A stretch of 24,000 nucleotides of DNA. It comes from an uncultured Rhizobiaceae group bacterium. Lineage in GTDB: Bacteria > Pseudomonadota > Alphaproteobacteria > Rhizobiales > Rhizobiaceae. Both the position numbers and the translations under genes were made by a program. Every line of letters starts with the position of its first letter. Position 1 is the stretch's first letter. Where the stretch lies: NCBI GenBank assembly GCA_938010435.1, contig CALLUS010000004.1, positions 75,230 through 99,229 on the forward strand. Direction: 5' to 3'. Under the pieces are notes generated by a model. It searched no databases, had not been told where the DNA came from, and saw only the letters and a list, made by a program, of their open reading frames with translations. Shown in pieces: positions 1 to 10,241 of this stretch.

Positions 1-56
1 GGGCACACAGCGCATTTTCAAGACAAAATCGTGTAAAGCTTTGTAAAGGAAGCGTT

Positions 57-359
57 TTAGCCGTCCCAGCCTTCAACAATAACCATATCCGCCTCAGAAA
101 CGCCGCCTTTGGTGCGAAATCCGATGGCGGCCCGGTATTCTGGTGAATGATAGCATTCAACCGCATTTGCGTAGCTCTCAAATTCCAGAACGACATTGCG
201 GGAGCGACTTGTGCCTTCCGGATTTTCAAACTGCCCACCACGAACGAGAAACTTCGCTCCAAACTTTTCAAAGGCTACCGCATTGGCCTCCACGTATTTT
301 TTATAGGCCTCAAGATCGCGCACATCGACGCGACCAATCCAATATCCTTTGGCAGCCAT
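57..359 (-). CDS. DUF1330 domain-containing protein (tandem copy 1)
   Basis: Track ORF 57..368. The translation MAAKGYWIGRVDV...NVVLEF...YHSPEY...VIVEG fits the DUF1330 pattern. I prefer the ATG at 357-359 over the GTG at 368: it lies 1 nt after the upstream stop and has a GAAGGTG SD-like motif about 7 nt upstream. Confidence 0.75.
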   Translation of the reverse strand: MAAKGYWIGRVDVRDLEAYKKYVEANAVAFEKFGAKFLVRGGQFENPEGTSRSRNVVLEFESYANAVECYHSPEYRAAIGFRTKGGVSEADMVIVEGWDG

Positions 360-360
360 A

Positions 361-648
361 TTACGCACCTTCCACGATAATCAATTCTGAATCTGCTGCC
401 GATTGGCGGATTTTTACCGCATTTTGATATTCAGGAGAATTGTAACAGTCGAGGGCATGTTGAACTGATGGAAATTCTATCACCACATTGCGTGCACGGT
501 TTTCACCTTCCAGCGAATGGGTTTCACCGCCACGGGCTAAAAAATTTGCGCCAAAACGTTCAAAGGCGGGTTTGGCCGTATTCACATAATCTGGATAACG
601 GTCCGGGTTATTCACATCCACACGTGCAATCCAATACCCTTTGGCCAT
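361..648 (-). CDS. DUF1330 domain-containing protein (tandem copy 2)
   Basis: Track ORF 361..654. MAKGYWIARVDV...NVVIEF...YNSPEY...IIVEG is a clear paralogue of the neighbouring ORF. Both ATG 654 and ATG 648 are possible starts; 648 has better spacing to the AAGGA motif inside the pyrF 3' end. Confidence 0.75.
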   Translation of the reverse strand: MAKGYWIARVDVNNPDRYPDYVNTAKPAFERFGANFLARGGETHSLEGENRARNVVIEFPSVQHALDCYNSPEYQNAVKIRQSAADSELIIVEGA

Positions 649-659
649 ACCCATATTCC

Positions 660-1358
660 TTAAGCTGATGAAATCTCTTCGACAATATCCAACGCCGCTT
701 GGCGTCTGTTTGATGCTGCCATAATCGGACGACCAATCACAAGATGCGATGCGCCAGCTTTCAAAGCTTCCAAGGGTGTCATCACCCGTTTTTGGTCTCC
801 AGCATCACTGCCTGCCGGACGAATACCCGGAGTTACAATTGCCATATCGGGCCCAACTATTGAGCGAATAGCTGCAGCTTCCCGCGCAGATGCTACTAAA
901 CCGCCCATGCCGGTGTCCTTCGCCTGTGTTGCGCGCAGTTCCACGAGGTTTTGCGCCGTATGGGCATAACCCGTTTCAACCAAATCACCGTCGTCCATGG
1001 AGGTTAGTACCGTGACCCCAAGCAATATGAGATCACTGTCTTTTGCAGCCGCAGTCGCTGCACGCATAGCTTTTGGGTAAGCATGAAGTGTGAGCATATT
1101 CACGCCCATTTTTATGACGCTCTCAACACCTTTGGCAACGGTGTTGTCGATATCGAGCAATTTTAGATCGAGAAAAACATTTTTACCTTCGGCCACGAGG
1201 TCTTGCGCCAGATGCAGGCCGTTTTCACGTTCAGCAGAGAATGCGAGTTGATGACCTATTTTATAAAAGGAAACCGCATCGCCCAGTTCTTCAATCGCCG
1301 AACGTGCCTCTGATACAGAAGGAACATCAAGCGCAACAATAATTCTTGGATCAGCCAT
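660..1358 (-). CDS. pyrF: orotidine 5'-phosphate decarboxylase
   Basis: 232 aa with an ATG start. IVALDV...FYKIGHQL...[12 protein letters not shown]...GRPI are typical PyrF motifs. Confidence 0.9.
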   Translation of the reverse strand: MADPRIIVALDVPSVSEARSAIEELGDAVSFYKIGHQLAFSAERENGLHLAQDLVAEGKNVFLDLKLLDIDNTVAKGVESVIKMGVNMLTLHAYPKAMRAATAAAKDSDLILLGVTVLTSMDDGDLVETGYAHTAQNLVELRATQAKDTGMGGLVASAREAAAIRSIVGPDMAIVTPGIRPAGSDAGDQKRVMTPLEALKAGASHLVIGRPIMAASNRRQAALDIVEEISSA

Positions 1359-1372
1359 AAGGTTTTATAACA

Positions 1373-1930
1373 TCAGGTGAGGAGACTTGCGCGTTTGATC
1401 AATGTTTCACACATAGTTTTCAACATCCCTTGCGCGCGTTCGTTTGTGAGCGTGCCATCATCTGCAAAAGCATCGCCGGCACCACCGACTGCAAGTTGCG
1501 GGGTAATCGTGTCTGCCACAACACTAACCAAAATATCGCGCAGATGAGAGAGACCACGAATCCCACCCAATGCTCCCGGCGAACAAGCAGCCAAAGCAAA
1601 AATACGGTTTTGATAAACTTTCTCGCCAACATCGCGGCTCAACCAATCGAGCGTGTTTTTGAGTAAAGGCGTCAGCGAACCATTATATTCCGGGTTGATC
1701 AAAACAACCCCTTGATAATCAGTAATGTGGCTGGCCAATTCCTTTGCGCTTTCAAGCACACCGTTTTCAGCTTCATCATCTTGATTGAAAATTGACATCG
1801 GGTAATTCGCCAAAGAAATCAAATCAGCTTCAGCGCCCAATTCTATCAGTTTCAGGCGAATGGCTTCGCCTAATTTAGCATTTACTGAATCTTCGCGGGT
1901 CGACCCCGGGATGATGATTATCTTTGTCAT
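1373..1930 (-). CDS. NADPH-dependent FMN reductase family oxidoreductase
   Basis: 185 aa. The N-terminal IIIIPGSTREDSVN flavodoxin-like motif and INPEYNGS segment are typical of the NAD(P)H-dependent FMN reductase family. Confidence 0.7.
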   Translation of the reverse strand: MTKIIIIPGSTREDSVNAKLGEAIRLKLIELGAEADLISLANYPMSIFNQDDEAENGVLESAKELASHITDYQGVVLINPEYNGSLTPLLKNTLDWLSRDVGEKVYQNRIFALAACSPGALGGIRGLSHLRDILVSVVADTITPQLAVGGAGDAFADDGTLTNERAQGMLKTMCETLIKRASLLT

Positions 1931-1939
1931 TTGAGCTTC

Positions 1940-3064
1940 CTATTCAGCCAGTCCGTCAAAAAAGCTCTTCATACGCGAAAAGAAGCCTGTGCTTTCTGGC
2001 GAGTTTTCTTCTGAACTCAATTGCTCAAACTCGGTTAGCAATTCGCGCTGTTTCTTACTGAGATTGGACGGTGTTTCAATCGCAACTTGAATGTACATAT
2101 CACCCATTTGAGTGGACCGCATAACCGGCATACCTTTGCCACGCAGACGAAATTGCTTTCCGTTTTGAGTGCCCTCTGGAACTTTTACCCGTGTTTGGGA
2201 GCCATCAACTGTGCCCACTTCAAACTGACCACCAAGCGCCGCGGTTGTCATAGAAATCGGAACCCGGCAGTAGATGTCGGCACCATCACGTTGGAAAAAC
2301 TCGTGGGGTCTGATCGACAGGAAAATGTAAAGATCACCATGTGGGCCACCGCGCACTCCGGCTTCACCTTCACCAGCGACGCGGATTCGTGTACCGTCTT
2401 CGATACCTGCCGGAACCTTTACTTCAAGTGATTTTTCTTCGGTTACACGACCGCTGCCTGAACAGGGAGAACAAGGGTCAGAAATCACCTCACCACGGCC
2501 TTGGCATGTGGGACATGTGCGTTGAATTGAGAAAAATCCTTGGCTTGCCCGCACTTGCCCAACACCACCACACGTGCCGCATGTGGAAGGTGATGTACCC
2601 GGCTTTGCACCCGTACCCGTACAAGTTTCGCACGTAATGGATGTTGGGATTTCGATCTCGGCAGTTTTACCTTCAAATGCTTCTTCCAGCGAGATTTCCA
2701 TATTGTAACGCATGTCTGCGCCACGGGAGCGACCACCAGAAGAGCGGCGTCCGCCGCCGCCCATCATGTCTCCAAAAATATCTTCGAAAATATCGCTCAT
2801 AGAGCCGCCGCCGAAACCACCGCCACCGGCGCCGCCATTTTCAAATGCAGCATGGCCGAAGCGATCGTAAGCCGCCCGTTTTTGTGGATCTTTCAAAGCT
2901 TCATAAGCTTCACCAACTTCTTTGAACTTGGCCTCTGCTTCAGCATCATCAGGATTGCGGTCGGGATGATATTTCATCGCTTTCTTACGGAAAGCGCTTT
3001 TTAGCTCTTTCTCGTCAGCCTCGCGAGAAACACCCAACGTGTCATAATAATCAGCTTTACTCAT
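1940..3064 (-). CDS. dnaJ: molecular chaperone DnaJ
   Basis: 374 aa with a J-domain (YYDTLGV...KYHPDRN), a G/F-rich linker, four CxxCxGxG zinc-finger repeats and a C-terminal substrate-binding domain. Its ATG overlaps the stop of the upstream ORF (ATGA at 3061-3064). Confidence 0.97.
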   Translation of the reverse strand: MSKADYYDTLGVSREADEKELKSAFRKKAMKYHPDRNPDDAEAEAKFKEVGEAYEALKDPQKRAAYDRFGHAAFENGGAGGGGFGGGSMSDIFEDIFGDMMGGGGRRSSGGRSRGADMRYNMEISLEEAFEGKTAEIEIPTSITCETCTGTGAKPGTSPSTCGTCGGVGQVRASQGFFSIQRTCPTCQGRGEVISDPCSPCSGSGRVTEEKSLEVKVPAGIEDGTRIRVAGEGEAGVRGGPHGDLYIFLSIRPHEFFQRDGADIYCRVPISMTTAALGGQFEVGTVDGSQTRVKVPEGTQNGKQFRLRGKGMPVMRSTQMGDMYIQVAIETPSNLSKKQRELLTEFEQLSSEENSPESTGFFSRMKSFFDGLAE

Positions 3065-3978
3065 ACCCCAGCCTTTCGCGAATCAGTGTCCGCGTTGAAT
3101 TCAAGAACGGCATTGATCCCGGCACGTTCTTTCAAAGTGTATCCATAACCCAGCATCTGCGTAACGATTGGACTGTCTGCACGATGCCCAACCTCAACAA
3201 TCAATAAGCGTGGCCACACAGATTTTGGGGCCTGCTCAATCAAAGCTTTCAACGCAGCTTTATCGCGACCTTCAATATCAATTTTCATGGCATCAACATG
3301 ATCAACGCCAGTGCGGGTGATTAATTGTGCCAGTGTTTCAAGTTCAATTTTGTCGCCCGAACCGGTTTCCGCCACAGCAATTGTGCCGCGATTGTCACCC
3401 GGGTCTGTCAGCACACCACTCCCAGCCTTTTCTGCGATGCCAATAGGTTCAACCTGCGCGATACAATTGCTCGCAGACAAATTGAAATTGAGGCGTTTAC
3501 GATTTTCGGAATCAGGTTCGACAGCCACAATACGCAATTTTTTGGAGTAGCGTTTTGCGCTTGCATTCACGAACAAGCTGTAGAAACCAACATTCGCACC
3601 AATATCGAAAAACACATAGTCACGATCAACATCCGCCTGCGCAATATCTTGGTCCAAACATAAGCGTTCGCGATTGTCCCAAATTTGTACCCCCGCATAA
3701 GCACGTTTTTCGCAACGGTTTGATCCAGGAAACACACGCGCATGAACGTCTGACGCGACCACAACATCAATTGGTCCGCTCATGCCCACTGAATGACCAA
3801 GCAAGCTCAGCTTGCGCAGAATAGAAATTCTCCACATGCCCAATCGACTTTTAGGCGCGGTTCCAGCCAGCTGACGTATTTTTTCACGCCAACCGCTTAA
3901 GCTGTATGTTCCAAATGGCGGGACAATATCGTTCATGGCACTTTTCGTTTTTGCATTGTTACCAATACGTGTGTTCAC
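3061..3978 (-). CDS. FkbM-family SAM-dependent methyltransferase
   Basis: 305 aa. [13 protein letters not shown]...VAVEPD...MKIDIEGRD...LIVEV follows the Methyltransf_21 (FkbM) motif order. The start is uncertain: GTG at 3978 with no SD, or ATG at 3936 (MNDIVPP). Confidence 0.7.
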   Translation of the reverse strand: MNTRIGNNAKTKSAMNDIVPPFGTYSLSGWREKIRQLAGTAPKSRLGMWRISILRKLSLLGHSVGMSGPIDVVVASDVHARVFPGSNRCEKRAYAGVQIWDNRERLCLDQDIAQADVDRDYVFFDIGANVGFYSLFVNASAKRYSKKLRIVAVEPDSENRKRLNFNLSASNCIAQVEPIGIAEKAGSGVLTDPGDNRGTIAVAETGSGDKIELETLAQLITRTGVDHVDAMKIDIEGRDKAALKALIEQAPKSVWPRLLIVEVGHRADSPIVTQMLGYGYTLKERAGINAVLEFNADTDSRKAGV

Positions 3979-4085
3979 AAAAAAGCTCTAGAGGCGTTCA
4001 CTTTAATATGGAATCAGAAATATCCCTAAGGTCGAACGGCTTCTGATACACAATTACTCCACCAAAAGGTGAAGCGCCCTAGATG

Positions 4086-4122
4086 TGAAAAACCCCACGC
4101 GCCGTGTTTGCAGCGTGCGGGG
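4086..4122 (-). terminator. rho-independent terminator downstream of dnaK
   Basis: On the minus strand, CCCCGCACGC / GCGTGGGG forms an 8-bp GC-rich stem with one bulge and a 12-nt loop. It is followed by TTTTT and starts about 25 nt after the dnaK stop. Confidence 0.7.
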
Positions 4123-4147
4123 CATCTCATTCAATCACCTAAATTCC

Positions 4148-6070
4148 TTAGGCAGATTTTTTCTCATCGTCGTCGTTGATTTCTTCGAAATCAGCGTCAA
4201 CAACATTTTCATCAGCGGCAGCATGCATTTCTGCGTCTGCTGCAGCAGCAGCCTCTTCTTCAGACTGTTGTGCTTCGTAGATCGCTTGACCCATTTTCAT
4301 GCTGGCTTCAGCAAGAGCTTGGGACTTCGCATTGATCTCTTCAGCATCTTCGCCTTCAAGAACAGTTTTCAAATCTGCCATCGCAGTTTCGATTGCTGTT
4401 TTGTCTTCATCGCTGACTTTATCTGCATGCTCAACCAAAGATTTCTCGGTTGAGTGAAGCAGCGTTTCGGCTTGGTTCTTGGCTTCAACTGCTTCGCGGC
4501 GCGCCTTATCGCCTTCAGCATTGGCTTCTGCGTCTTTGACCATTTGTTCGATATCAGCATCAGACAAGCCGCCAGATGCTTGAATGCGAATTTCATGAGA
4601 CTTGCCGGTGCCTTTGTCTTTGGCATTTACGTTCACAATGCCGTTGGCATCAATGTCGAAAGTCACTTCAACCTGTGGAACACCGCGCGGCGCCGGCGGA
4701 ATGCCAACCAGATCGAATTGACCCAAAGACTTGTTGTCCGCGGCCATTTCGCGTTCACCTTGTGACACACGAATGGTCACAGCATTTTGGTTGTCTTCAG
4801 CAGTGGAGAACGTTTGTGACTTTTTGGTCGGGATCGTTGTATTACGGTCGATCAAACGTGTGAACACGCCACCGAGTGTTTCAATACCGAGCGACAATGG
4901 TGTCACGTCGAGCAATAGAACGTCGGTTACGTCACCTTGGAGAACGCCAGCTTGAATAGCTGCACCCATGGCCACAACTTCATCAGGGTTCACACCTTTG
5001 TGCGGCTCCTTGCCGAAGAATTTCTGAACCGTTTCTTGAACCGCTGGCATACGGGTCATACCACCAACCAAAATAACTTCGTCGATTTCGCCCGTTGAAA
5101 GACCTGCATCTTTCAAAGCTTCTTGCATCGGCTTAACCGTACGCTTGACGAGATCAGCCACAAGGCTTTCGAATTTAGCCCGTGTCAGTTTCATAGTCAG
5201 GTGTTTTGGACCAGACGCGTCAGCCGTGATGAACGGCAGGTTGACTTCCGTTTGTGCAGATGAAGACAATTCGATTTTTGCTTTTTCAGCAGCTTCTTTC
5301 AAACGTTGCAAAGCAAGTTTGTCCGATTTCAAATCAACACCTTGATCTTTTTTGAATTCACTCGCCAGATATTCAACAAGCGTCATGTCGAAATCTTCAC
5401 CACCGAGGAATGTATCACCGTTGGTGGATTTCACTTCAAATACGCCATCGCCAATTTCAAGGATGGATACATCGAACGTACCGCCGCCAAGGTCATAAAC
5501 AGCAATTGTTTTGCCGTCATTTCTTTCCATACCGTAGGAAAGAGCCGCAGCGGTTGGCTCGTTGATGATGCGCAAAACTTCAAGACCTGCAATTTTACCG
5601 GCATCTTTGGTGGCCTGACGCTGGGCGTCGTTAAAGTAAGCAGGAACTGTAATAACAGCCTGTTCTACTTTTTCACCGAGATAAGCTTCTGCAGTTTCCT
5701 TCATTTTCTGAAGGATCATCGCTGAAATCTGTGATGGGGAATAGCTGTCGCCATTGGCCTCAACCCATGCATCGCCATTGTCGCCTTTGACAATATTGTA
5801 AGGGACCAATTTTTGATCTTTTTTCACTTCTGGCGCGTCAAAACGACGACCAATTAAGCGTTTTACCGCAAACAAAGTGTTTTCAGGGTTTGTCACAGCC
5901 TGACGTTTGGCAGGTTGCCCAACCAGACGTTCTTTTTCTTCTGTGAACGCAACCATTGAAGGTGTTGTACGCGCACCTTCCGCATTTTCGATCACTTTGG
6001 CATTTTTGCCATCCATCACCGCAACACATGAGTTGGTTGTACCCAAATCAATACCAATTACTTTAGCCAT
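4148..6070 (-). CDS. dnaK: molecular chaperone DnaK (Hsp70)
   Basis: The canonical N-terminus [18 protein letters not shown] begins at the ATG at 6068-6070, with an AAGGAGAG SD 7 nt upstream. The 23 extra residues of track ORF 4148..6139 are not Hsp70-like. The predicted protein is 640 aa. Confidence 0.97.
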   Translation of the reverse strand: MAKVIGIDLGTTNSCVAVMDGKNAKVIENAEGARTTPSMVAFTEEKERLVGQPAKRQAVTNPENTLFAVKRLIGRRFDAPEVKKDQKLVPYNIVKGDNGDAWVEANGDSYSPSQISAMILQKMKETAEAYLGEKVEQAVITVPAYFNDAQRQATKDAGKIAGLEVLRIINEPTAAALSYGMERNDGKTIAVYDLGGGTFDVSILEIGDGVFEVKSTNGDTFLGGEDFDMTLVEYLASEFKKDQGVDLKSDKLALQRLKEAAEKAKIELSSSAQTEVNLPFITADASGPKHLTMKLTRAKFESLVADLVKRTVKPMQEALKDAGLSTGEIDEVILVGGMTRMPAVQETVQKFFGKEPHKGVNPDEVVAMGAAIQAGVLQGDVTDVLLLDVTPLSLGIETLGGVFTRLIDRNTTIPTKKSQTFSTAEDNQNAVTIRVSQGEREMAADNKSLGQFDLVGIPPAPRGVPQVEVTFDIDANGIVNVNAKDKGTGKSHEIRIQASGGLSDADIEQMVKDAEANAEGDKARREAVEAKNQAETLLHSTEKSLVEHADKVSDEDKTAIETAMADLKTVLEGEDAEEINAKSQALAEASMKMGQAIYEAQQSEEEAAAAADAEMHAAADENVVDADFEEINDDDEKKSA

Positions 6071-6175
6071 ACTTTTCTCTCCTTGCAGCGTTCTGCCAGA
6101 ACCCTTTAATCCGCATCGGACGCCATTACTGGCAGGCATTCCGGTGGCAGAACCTATTGGATAATTTTACACAAT

Positions 6176-6204
6176 GCTATGGTTACGTGGGTGTGAACCA
6201 TAGC
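6176..6204 (-). other. perfect 9-bp inverted repeat (GCTATGGTT-N11-AACCATAGC) in the predicted dnaK 5' leader
   Basis: Read directly from the sequence. It lies immediately downstream of the candidate sigma32 -10 element. Function is unknown, and it is not a CIRCE element. Confidence 0.6.
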
Positions 6205-6212
6205 GTTGGCAG

Positions 6213-6243
6213 CTATATAAGAAGGCATGGTTGGGCCTGCAAG
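6213..6243 (-). promoter_or_regulatory. candidate RpoH (sigma32)-type heat-shock promoter of dnaK
   Basis: The minus strand reads CTTG-N18-CTTATATAGC. This is close to the alphaproteobacterial sigma32 consensus CTTG-N17-CYTATNTNNG as I recall it. It sits about 140 nt upstream of the dnaK ATG. Confidence 0.5.
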
Positions 6244-6325
6244 TGATTTGAGAAATTGAATCTGGAAGAAAATGCAACAAAATCATATTTTATTGCCCAA
6301 AACGGCTGAATTGCTGGAGATTTAG

Positions 6326-6961
6326 ATGCTGACATTACCCGATGGGGTTTCTCACTGGCCCGGATTTTTTAACAATTCAGCGCAAAACGAACTTCTACAC
6401 CTTATTAGAAAAGCCACTCAGCAAGCTCCGCTCTTCGTGCCCAAAATGCCCCGCACAGGAAAACCTATGTCCGTTCGCATGACCAATATGGGAGCATTGG
6501 GTTGGGTGACTGACCAGAAAAATGGCTATCGGTATCAACAAATGCACCCTGAAACTGGAGCGAACTGGCCTACAATGCCGCCAATGCTGCTCGATTTGTG
6601 GGCTGAAAAGTCTGGTTGTGAACTCCCGCCTGAGGCCTGTCTTGTTAATTATTATCAAGATGATGCCAAAATGGGGATGCACCAAGACAGAGACGAAGCC
6701 GAATTTGACGCACCCGTTTTGTCCGTATCCCTTGGCAATGCCTGTCTGTTTCGTGTTGGCGGAGAGAAACGCGGGGGCAAAACCACGTCATTTCGCCTCG
6801 ATAGTGGTGATGTGATGATGTTGAGCGGGCCTGCACGATTGGCGTTTCATGGGGTTGATAAAATCTATCCTGACACAAGCGATCTCCTTAAAGATGGAGG
6901 TCGGATCAATTTGACAATGCGGCGTGTGACAAAAATGGCTGGCCAGTCTCAAGAAGTGTGA
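6326..6961 (+). CDS. alkB: alpha-ketoglutarate/Fe(II)-dependent dioxygenase AlkB (DNA/RNA alkylation repair)
   Basis: 211 aa with an AlkB-like layout: PLFVPKMPRTGKPMSVRMTNMG..GW, the HxD iron ligands in MGMHQDRD, a distal H in AFHGV and the RINLTMR motif. Confidence 0.85.
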   Translation: MLTLPDGVSHWPGFFNNSAQNELLHLIRKATQQAPLFVPKMPRTGKPMSVRMTNMGALGWVTDQKNGYRYQQMHPETGANWPTMPPMLLDLWAEKSGCELPPEACLVNYYQDDAKMGMHQDRDEAEFDAPVLSVSLGNACLFRVGGEKRGGKTTSFRLDSGDVMMLSGPARLAFHGVDKIYPDTSDLLKDGGRINLTMRRVTKMAGQSQEV

Positions 6962-6988
6962 CAGATTGGCTTTTGGACTTATATTGAG

Positions 6989-7675
6989 ATGATGAATCAC
7001 TCCTCGCTGCCCATTCTTTATTCTTTTAGACGTTGCCCCTATGCGATGCGGGCGCGTCTCGCGCTACAATCCAGCCAACAAGTCTGCGAATTGCGAGAAG
7101 TTGTGTTGCGAGACAAACCAGAGGACATGATTGCAGCCTCTCCCAAGGCCACAGTTCCTGTATTGATTGACCGCGATGGAACCGTAATCGATGAAAGCCT
7201 CGACGTGATGCTTTGGGCGTTACGTAAAAACGACCCCAGCAAATTGCTTCACCCCGACACAGCCACGGAGCAAGACATGCTGGACCTCATTTCACGCATC
7301 GATGGGCCATTTAAAGCTCATTTGGATGCCTATAAATATGCGCCGAGAAATGCCAAAGCTGACAGCGTTGTCGGGAATGAGCGCGACAAACATCGCGATG
7401 CGGCAATGGTGTGCCTTAAGGAGTTGGAACAAAAACTCACCGAGACGGAATTTCTCTTTGGCAACAGAAAATCTCTAGCGGACATCGCCATTGCTCCCTT
7501 CGTACGACAATTCGCAAATGTAGATCTTGATTGGTTTCAATCCCAACCCTTTCCCAAACTTATTGTTTGGCTGGATGGGTTTGTTAGATCCGACGACTTC
7601 GTGAGTTGCATGAGTAAATATGACAAATGGGTCGCGCCTGATGCTGGTGTCACTTTTCCGGAGCAACAGGCATAG
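6989..7675 (+). CDS. glutathione S-transferase family protein
   Basis: 228 aa. The thioredoxin-like N-terminal domain shows LYSFRRCPYAMRARLAL and TVPVL...ESLDVMLWAL, followed by a helical C-terminal domain. Confidence 0.7.
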   Translation: MMNHSSLPILYSFRRCPYAMRARLALQSSQQVCELREVVLRDKPEDMIAASPKATVPVLIDRDGTVIDESLDVMLWALRKNDPSKLLHPDTATEQDMLDLISRIDGPFKAHLDAYKYAPRNAKADSVVGNERDKHRDAAMVCLKELEQKLTETEFLFGNRKSLADIAIAPFVRQFANVDLDWFQSQPFPKLIVWLDGFVRSDDFVSCMSKYDKWVAPDAGVTFPEQQA

Positions 7676-7677
7676 CT

Positions 7678-8364
7678 TTGGCAAAGACAAAACCACGTGA
7701 GACGGACCTTTATGCCCCAGTAAAAACTTTTCTTGAAGCGCAAGGGTATGAAGTAAAAGGAGAAATCGGCGCTGCTGATGTCGTCGCTGTTCGCGGGGAA
7801 GAGCCGCCAGTCATTGTGGAACTGAAAACAGGCATCACGCTTACCTTGTTTCATCAAGCGGTTGAACGCTTGGCTGTGACAGATGCTGTTTACATCGCAG
7901 CCCCCCGGGGAAGCGGCAGAGCATTTTTGAAATCTTTAAACCTGAACAAAAAACTGTGTCGTAGGTTGGGACTCGGTTTGATCACCGTTCGGTTAAAAGA
8001 TGGATTTGTGGAAGCCCATGTGGACCCGGCACCATACGCACCGCGCAAATCCAAAGTGAAATCTACACGGCTGCTGCGCGAGTTTCACAAGTTAAACGGT
8101 GATCCCAATATGGGTGGCTCCACACGCACCAATCTCATCACAGCCTATCGACAAGATGCATTGCGTTGTCTGTCCATGGTTCACACCAACGGCCCGACCA
8201 AAGCATCGGAAGTGGCCAAACAAACATCGGTCACCACAGCCAGACGCATCATGGCAGACAATCACTATGGGTGGTTTGAAAAAGTTTCGAAAGGAGTTTA
8301 CGGCATCAGCACCAACGGTGAAAAGGCCGTTGGAGACTATGCTGCACAATTGAAAAAGCTCTAG
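7678..8364 (+). CDS. DUF2161-like protein: N-terminal PD-(D/E)xK-type motif plus C-terminal winged-helix-like region
   Basis: 228 aa with a TTG start 2 nt after the GST stop. The D...ExK signature is visible in AADVVAV...VIVELK. The C-terminal segment [32 protein letters not shown] looks wHTH-like. Confidence 0.6.
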   Translation: MAKTKPRETDLYAPVKTFLEAQGYEVKGEIGAADVVAVRGEEPPVIVELKTGITLTLFHQAVERLAVTDAVYIAAPRGSGRAFLKSLNLNKKLCRRLGLGLITVRLKDGFVEAHVDPAPYAPRKSKVKSTRLLREFHKLNGDPNMGGSTRTNLITAYRQDALRCLSMVHTNGPTKASEVAKQTSVTTARRIMADNHYGWFEKVSKGVYGISTNGEKAVGDYAAQLKKL

Positions 8365-10166
8365 TCACCCATTTTCAGGGCTTCGATGAACGCCGTTTGT
8401 GGAATTTCCACTTTACCGAACTGACGCATTTTCTTCTTACCGGCTTTTTGTTTGTCCAGGAGTTTGCGTTTACGGCTTGCATCACCACCATAACATTTTG
8501 CAGTCACATCTTTGCGCATGGCTGAAATTGTCTCACGGGCAATCACGTTGCCACCAATGGCAGCCTGAATTGGAATCTTGAACAGGTGTTTTGGAATGAG
8601 CTCCTTCAACTTCTCGCACATCACGCGACCGCGCGTTGTTGCGACAGAACGGTGAACCAGCATAGACAATGCGTCCACAGGTTCCGCATTCACAAGCATT
8701 GAAAGTTTCACGAGATCACCGACACGATATTCATGAATGGTATAGTCAAATGATGCGTAACCCCGCGAAATGGATTTCAAACGATCGTAGAAATCGAACA
8801 CCACTTCGTTGAGGGGCAATTCATATTCCAACATGGCGCGGGTACCCACATAAGTGAGGTTGGTTTGAATACCACGGCGATCTTGGCACAATTTCAAAAT
8901 CGGCCCAAGATATTCGTCCGGCGTTAAAATTGTCGCTTTGATCCATGGTTCATGAATTTCATCGATCTGCATCACATCAGGCATATCAGCAGGATTATGC
9001 AGATTCATCATGGAACCATCACGCATGTGCATTTCATATACGACTGAAGGCGCCGTCGCGATTAGGTCAAGATTGAATTCACGTTCAAGGCGTTCTTGAA
9101 TGATCTCCAAATGCAACAATCCCAAGAATCCGCAACGGAAGCCAAAGCCAAGTGCTGCCGAAGATTCCATTTCGTAAGAAAAACTCGCATCGTTCAAACG
9201 AAGTTTTCCAACGGCGGAACGCAAATCTTCGAAATCAGCAGCATCGACAGGAAACAAGCCACAAAATACAACCGGCTGAGCAGGTTTAAAACCAGGCAGA
9301 GCCTCTTCCGTCTGACGTTTATCTTCGGTGATTGTGTCGCCCACACGGGTGTCGGCTACTTCTTTGATAGATGCAGTTATAAAGCCGATTTCACCCGGGC
9401 CAAGGCTTTCAATTTCAGTCAATTTCGGAGAAATGACGCCAACGCGGTCGACCGGATGCTTGGCATCCGTTCCCATCATACGGATGGTTTGGCCTTTTTT
9501 GAGTTGGCCATCAATCACGCGCACAAGAACAATCACGCCAAGATAAGCATCGTACCAGCTGTCCACCAAAAGTGCTTTCAGCGGCGCATCAATGTCCCCA
9601 TGGCTTGGCGGGGGCAGGTCTTTAACGATGGCTTCCAGCACATCCTCCATACCCATGCCCGTTTTCGCCGAAATCTCCACCGCATCGGTTGTGTCTAAGC
9701 CAATCACTTCTTCGATTTGTGCTTTCACACGATCTGGCTCTGCAGCAGGTAGATCGATTTTGTTCAGAACAGTCACGATCTCATGGTCATTGTCGATGGC
9801 CTGATACACATTGGCCAGTGTTTGCGCTTCTACACCTTGCGAAGCGTCCACCACCAAAAGCGAACCTTCGCAGGCAGACAACGAGCGAGACACTTCGTAG
9901 GCAAAATCCACATGACCGGGTGTATCGATCAGATTGAGCACATATTCTTGGCCGTCCTTCGCATTATAATGTAAACGAACAGTTTGAGCCTTGATGGTGA
10001 TACCGCGCTCTTTTTCAATGTCCATATTATCGAGCACCTGCTCAGACATTTCACGGTCGGCCAAACCGCCGCACATTTGAATCAAGCGGTCCGCCACTGT
10101 GGATTTACCGTGGTCGATATGTGCAACAATTGAGAAGTTGCGAATATTTGAAAGTGGTGTGGTCAT
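8361..10166 (-). CDS. lepA: translation elongation factor 4 (LepA)
   Basis: 601 aa. [24 protein letters not shown] and NKID GTPase motifs, plus the LepA-specific C-terminal domain, are conserved end to end. Confidence 0.97.
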   Translation of the reverse strand: MTTPLSNIRNFSIVAHIDHGKSTVADRLIQMCGGLADREMSEQVLDNMDIEKERGITIKAQTVRLHYNAKDGQEYVLNLIDTPGHVDFAYEVSRSLSACEGSLLVVDASQGVEAQTLANVYQAIDNDHEIVTVLNKIDLPAAEPDRVKAQIEEVIGLDTTDAVEISAKTGMGMEDVLEAIVKDLPPPSHGDIDAPLKALLVDSWYDAYLGVIVLVRVIDGQLKKGQTIRMMGTDAKHPVDRVGVISPKLTEIESLGPGEIGFITASIKEVADTRVGDTITEDKRQTEEALPGFKPAQPVVFCGLFPVDAADFEDLRSAVGKLRLNDASFSYEMESSAALGFGFRCGFLGLLHLEIIQERLEREFNLDLIATAPSVVYEMHMRDGSMMNLHNPADMPDVMQIDEIHEPWIKATILTPDEYLGPILKLCQDRRGIQTNLTYVGTRAMLEYELPLNEVVFDFYDRLKSISRGYASFDYTIHEYRVGDLVKLSMLVNAEPVDALSMLVHRSVATTRGRVMCEKLKELIPKHLFKIPIQAAIGGNVIARETISAMRKDVTAKCYGGDASRKRKLLDKQKAGKKKMRQFGKVEIPQTAFIEALKMGD

Positions 10167-10241
10167 AAGTGGTGTTTACCAACATCACAGGCGGCTGCAA
10201 GTGGAATGATCGTTACGTTGATGCCAAGGAGGCTTTTTTGT

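Noticed and set aside
4001-4030. Sigma32-like promoter (CTTAG-N16-CATATTAAAG, minus strand) for the FkbM-dnaJ unit, considered as a feature
   Set aside because: It has two mismatches in the -10 region and a non-consensus -35. It is mentioned in the FkbM finding but is too weak to list as a feature.
6071-6139. N-terminal 23-residue extension of DnaK ([23 protein letters not shown]) in the track ORF
   Set aside because: The canonical Hsp70 N-terminus [12 protein letters not shown] starts at 6070 with a strong AAGGAGAG SD. The extension is not Hsp70-like and would overlap the 5' leader.
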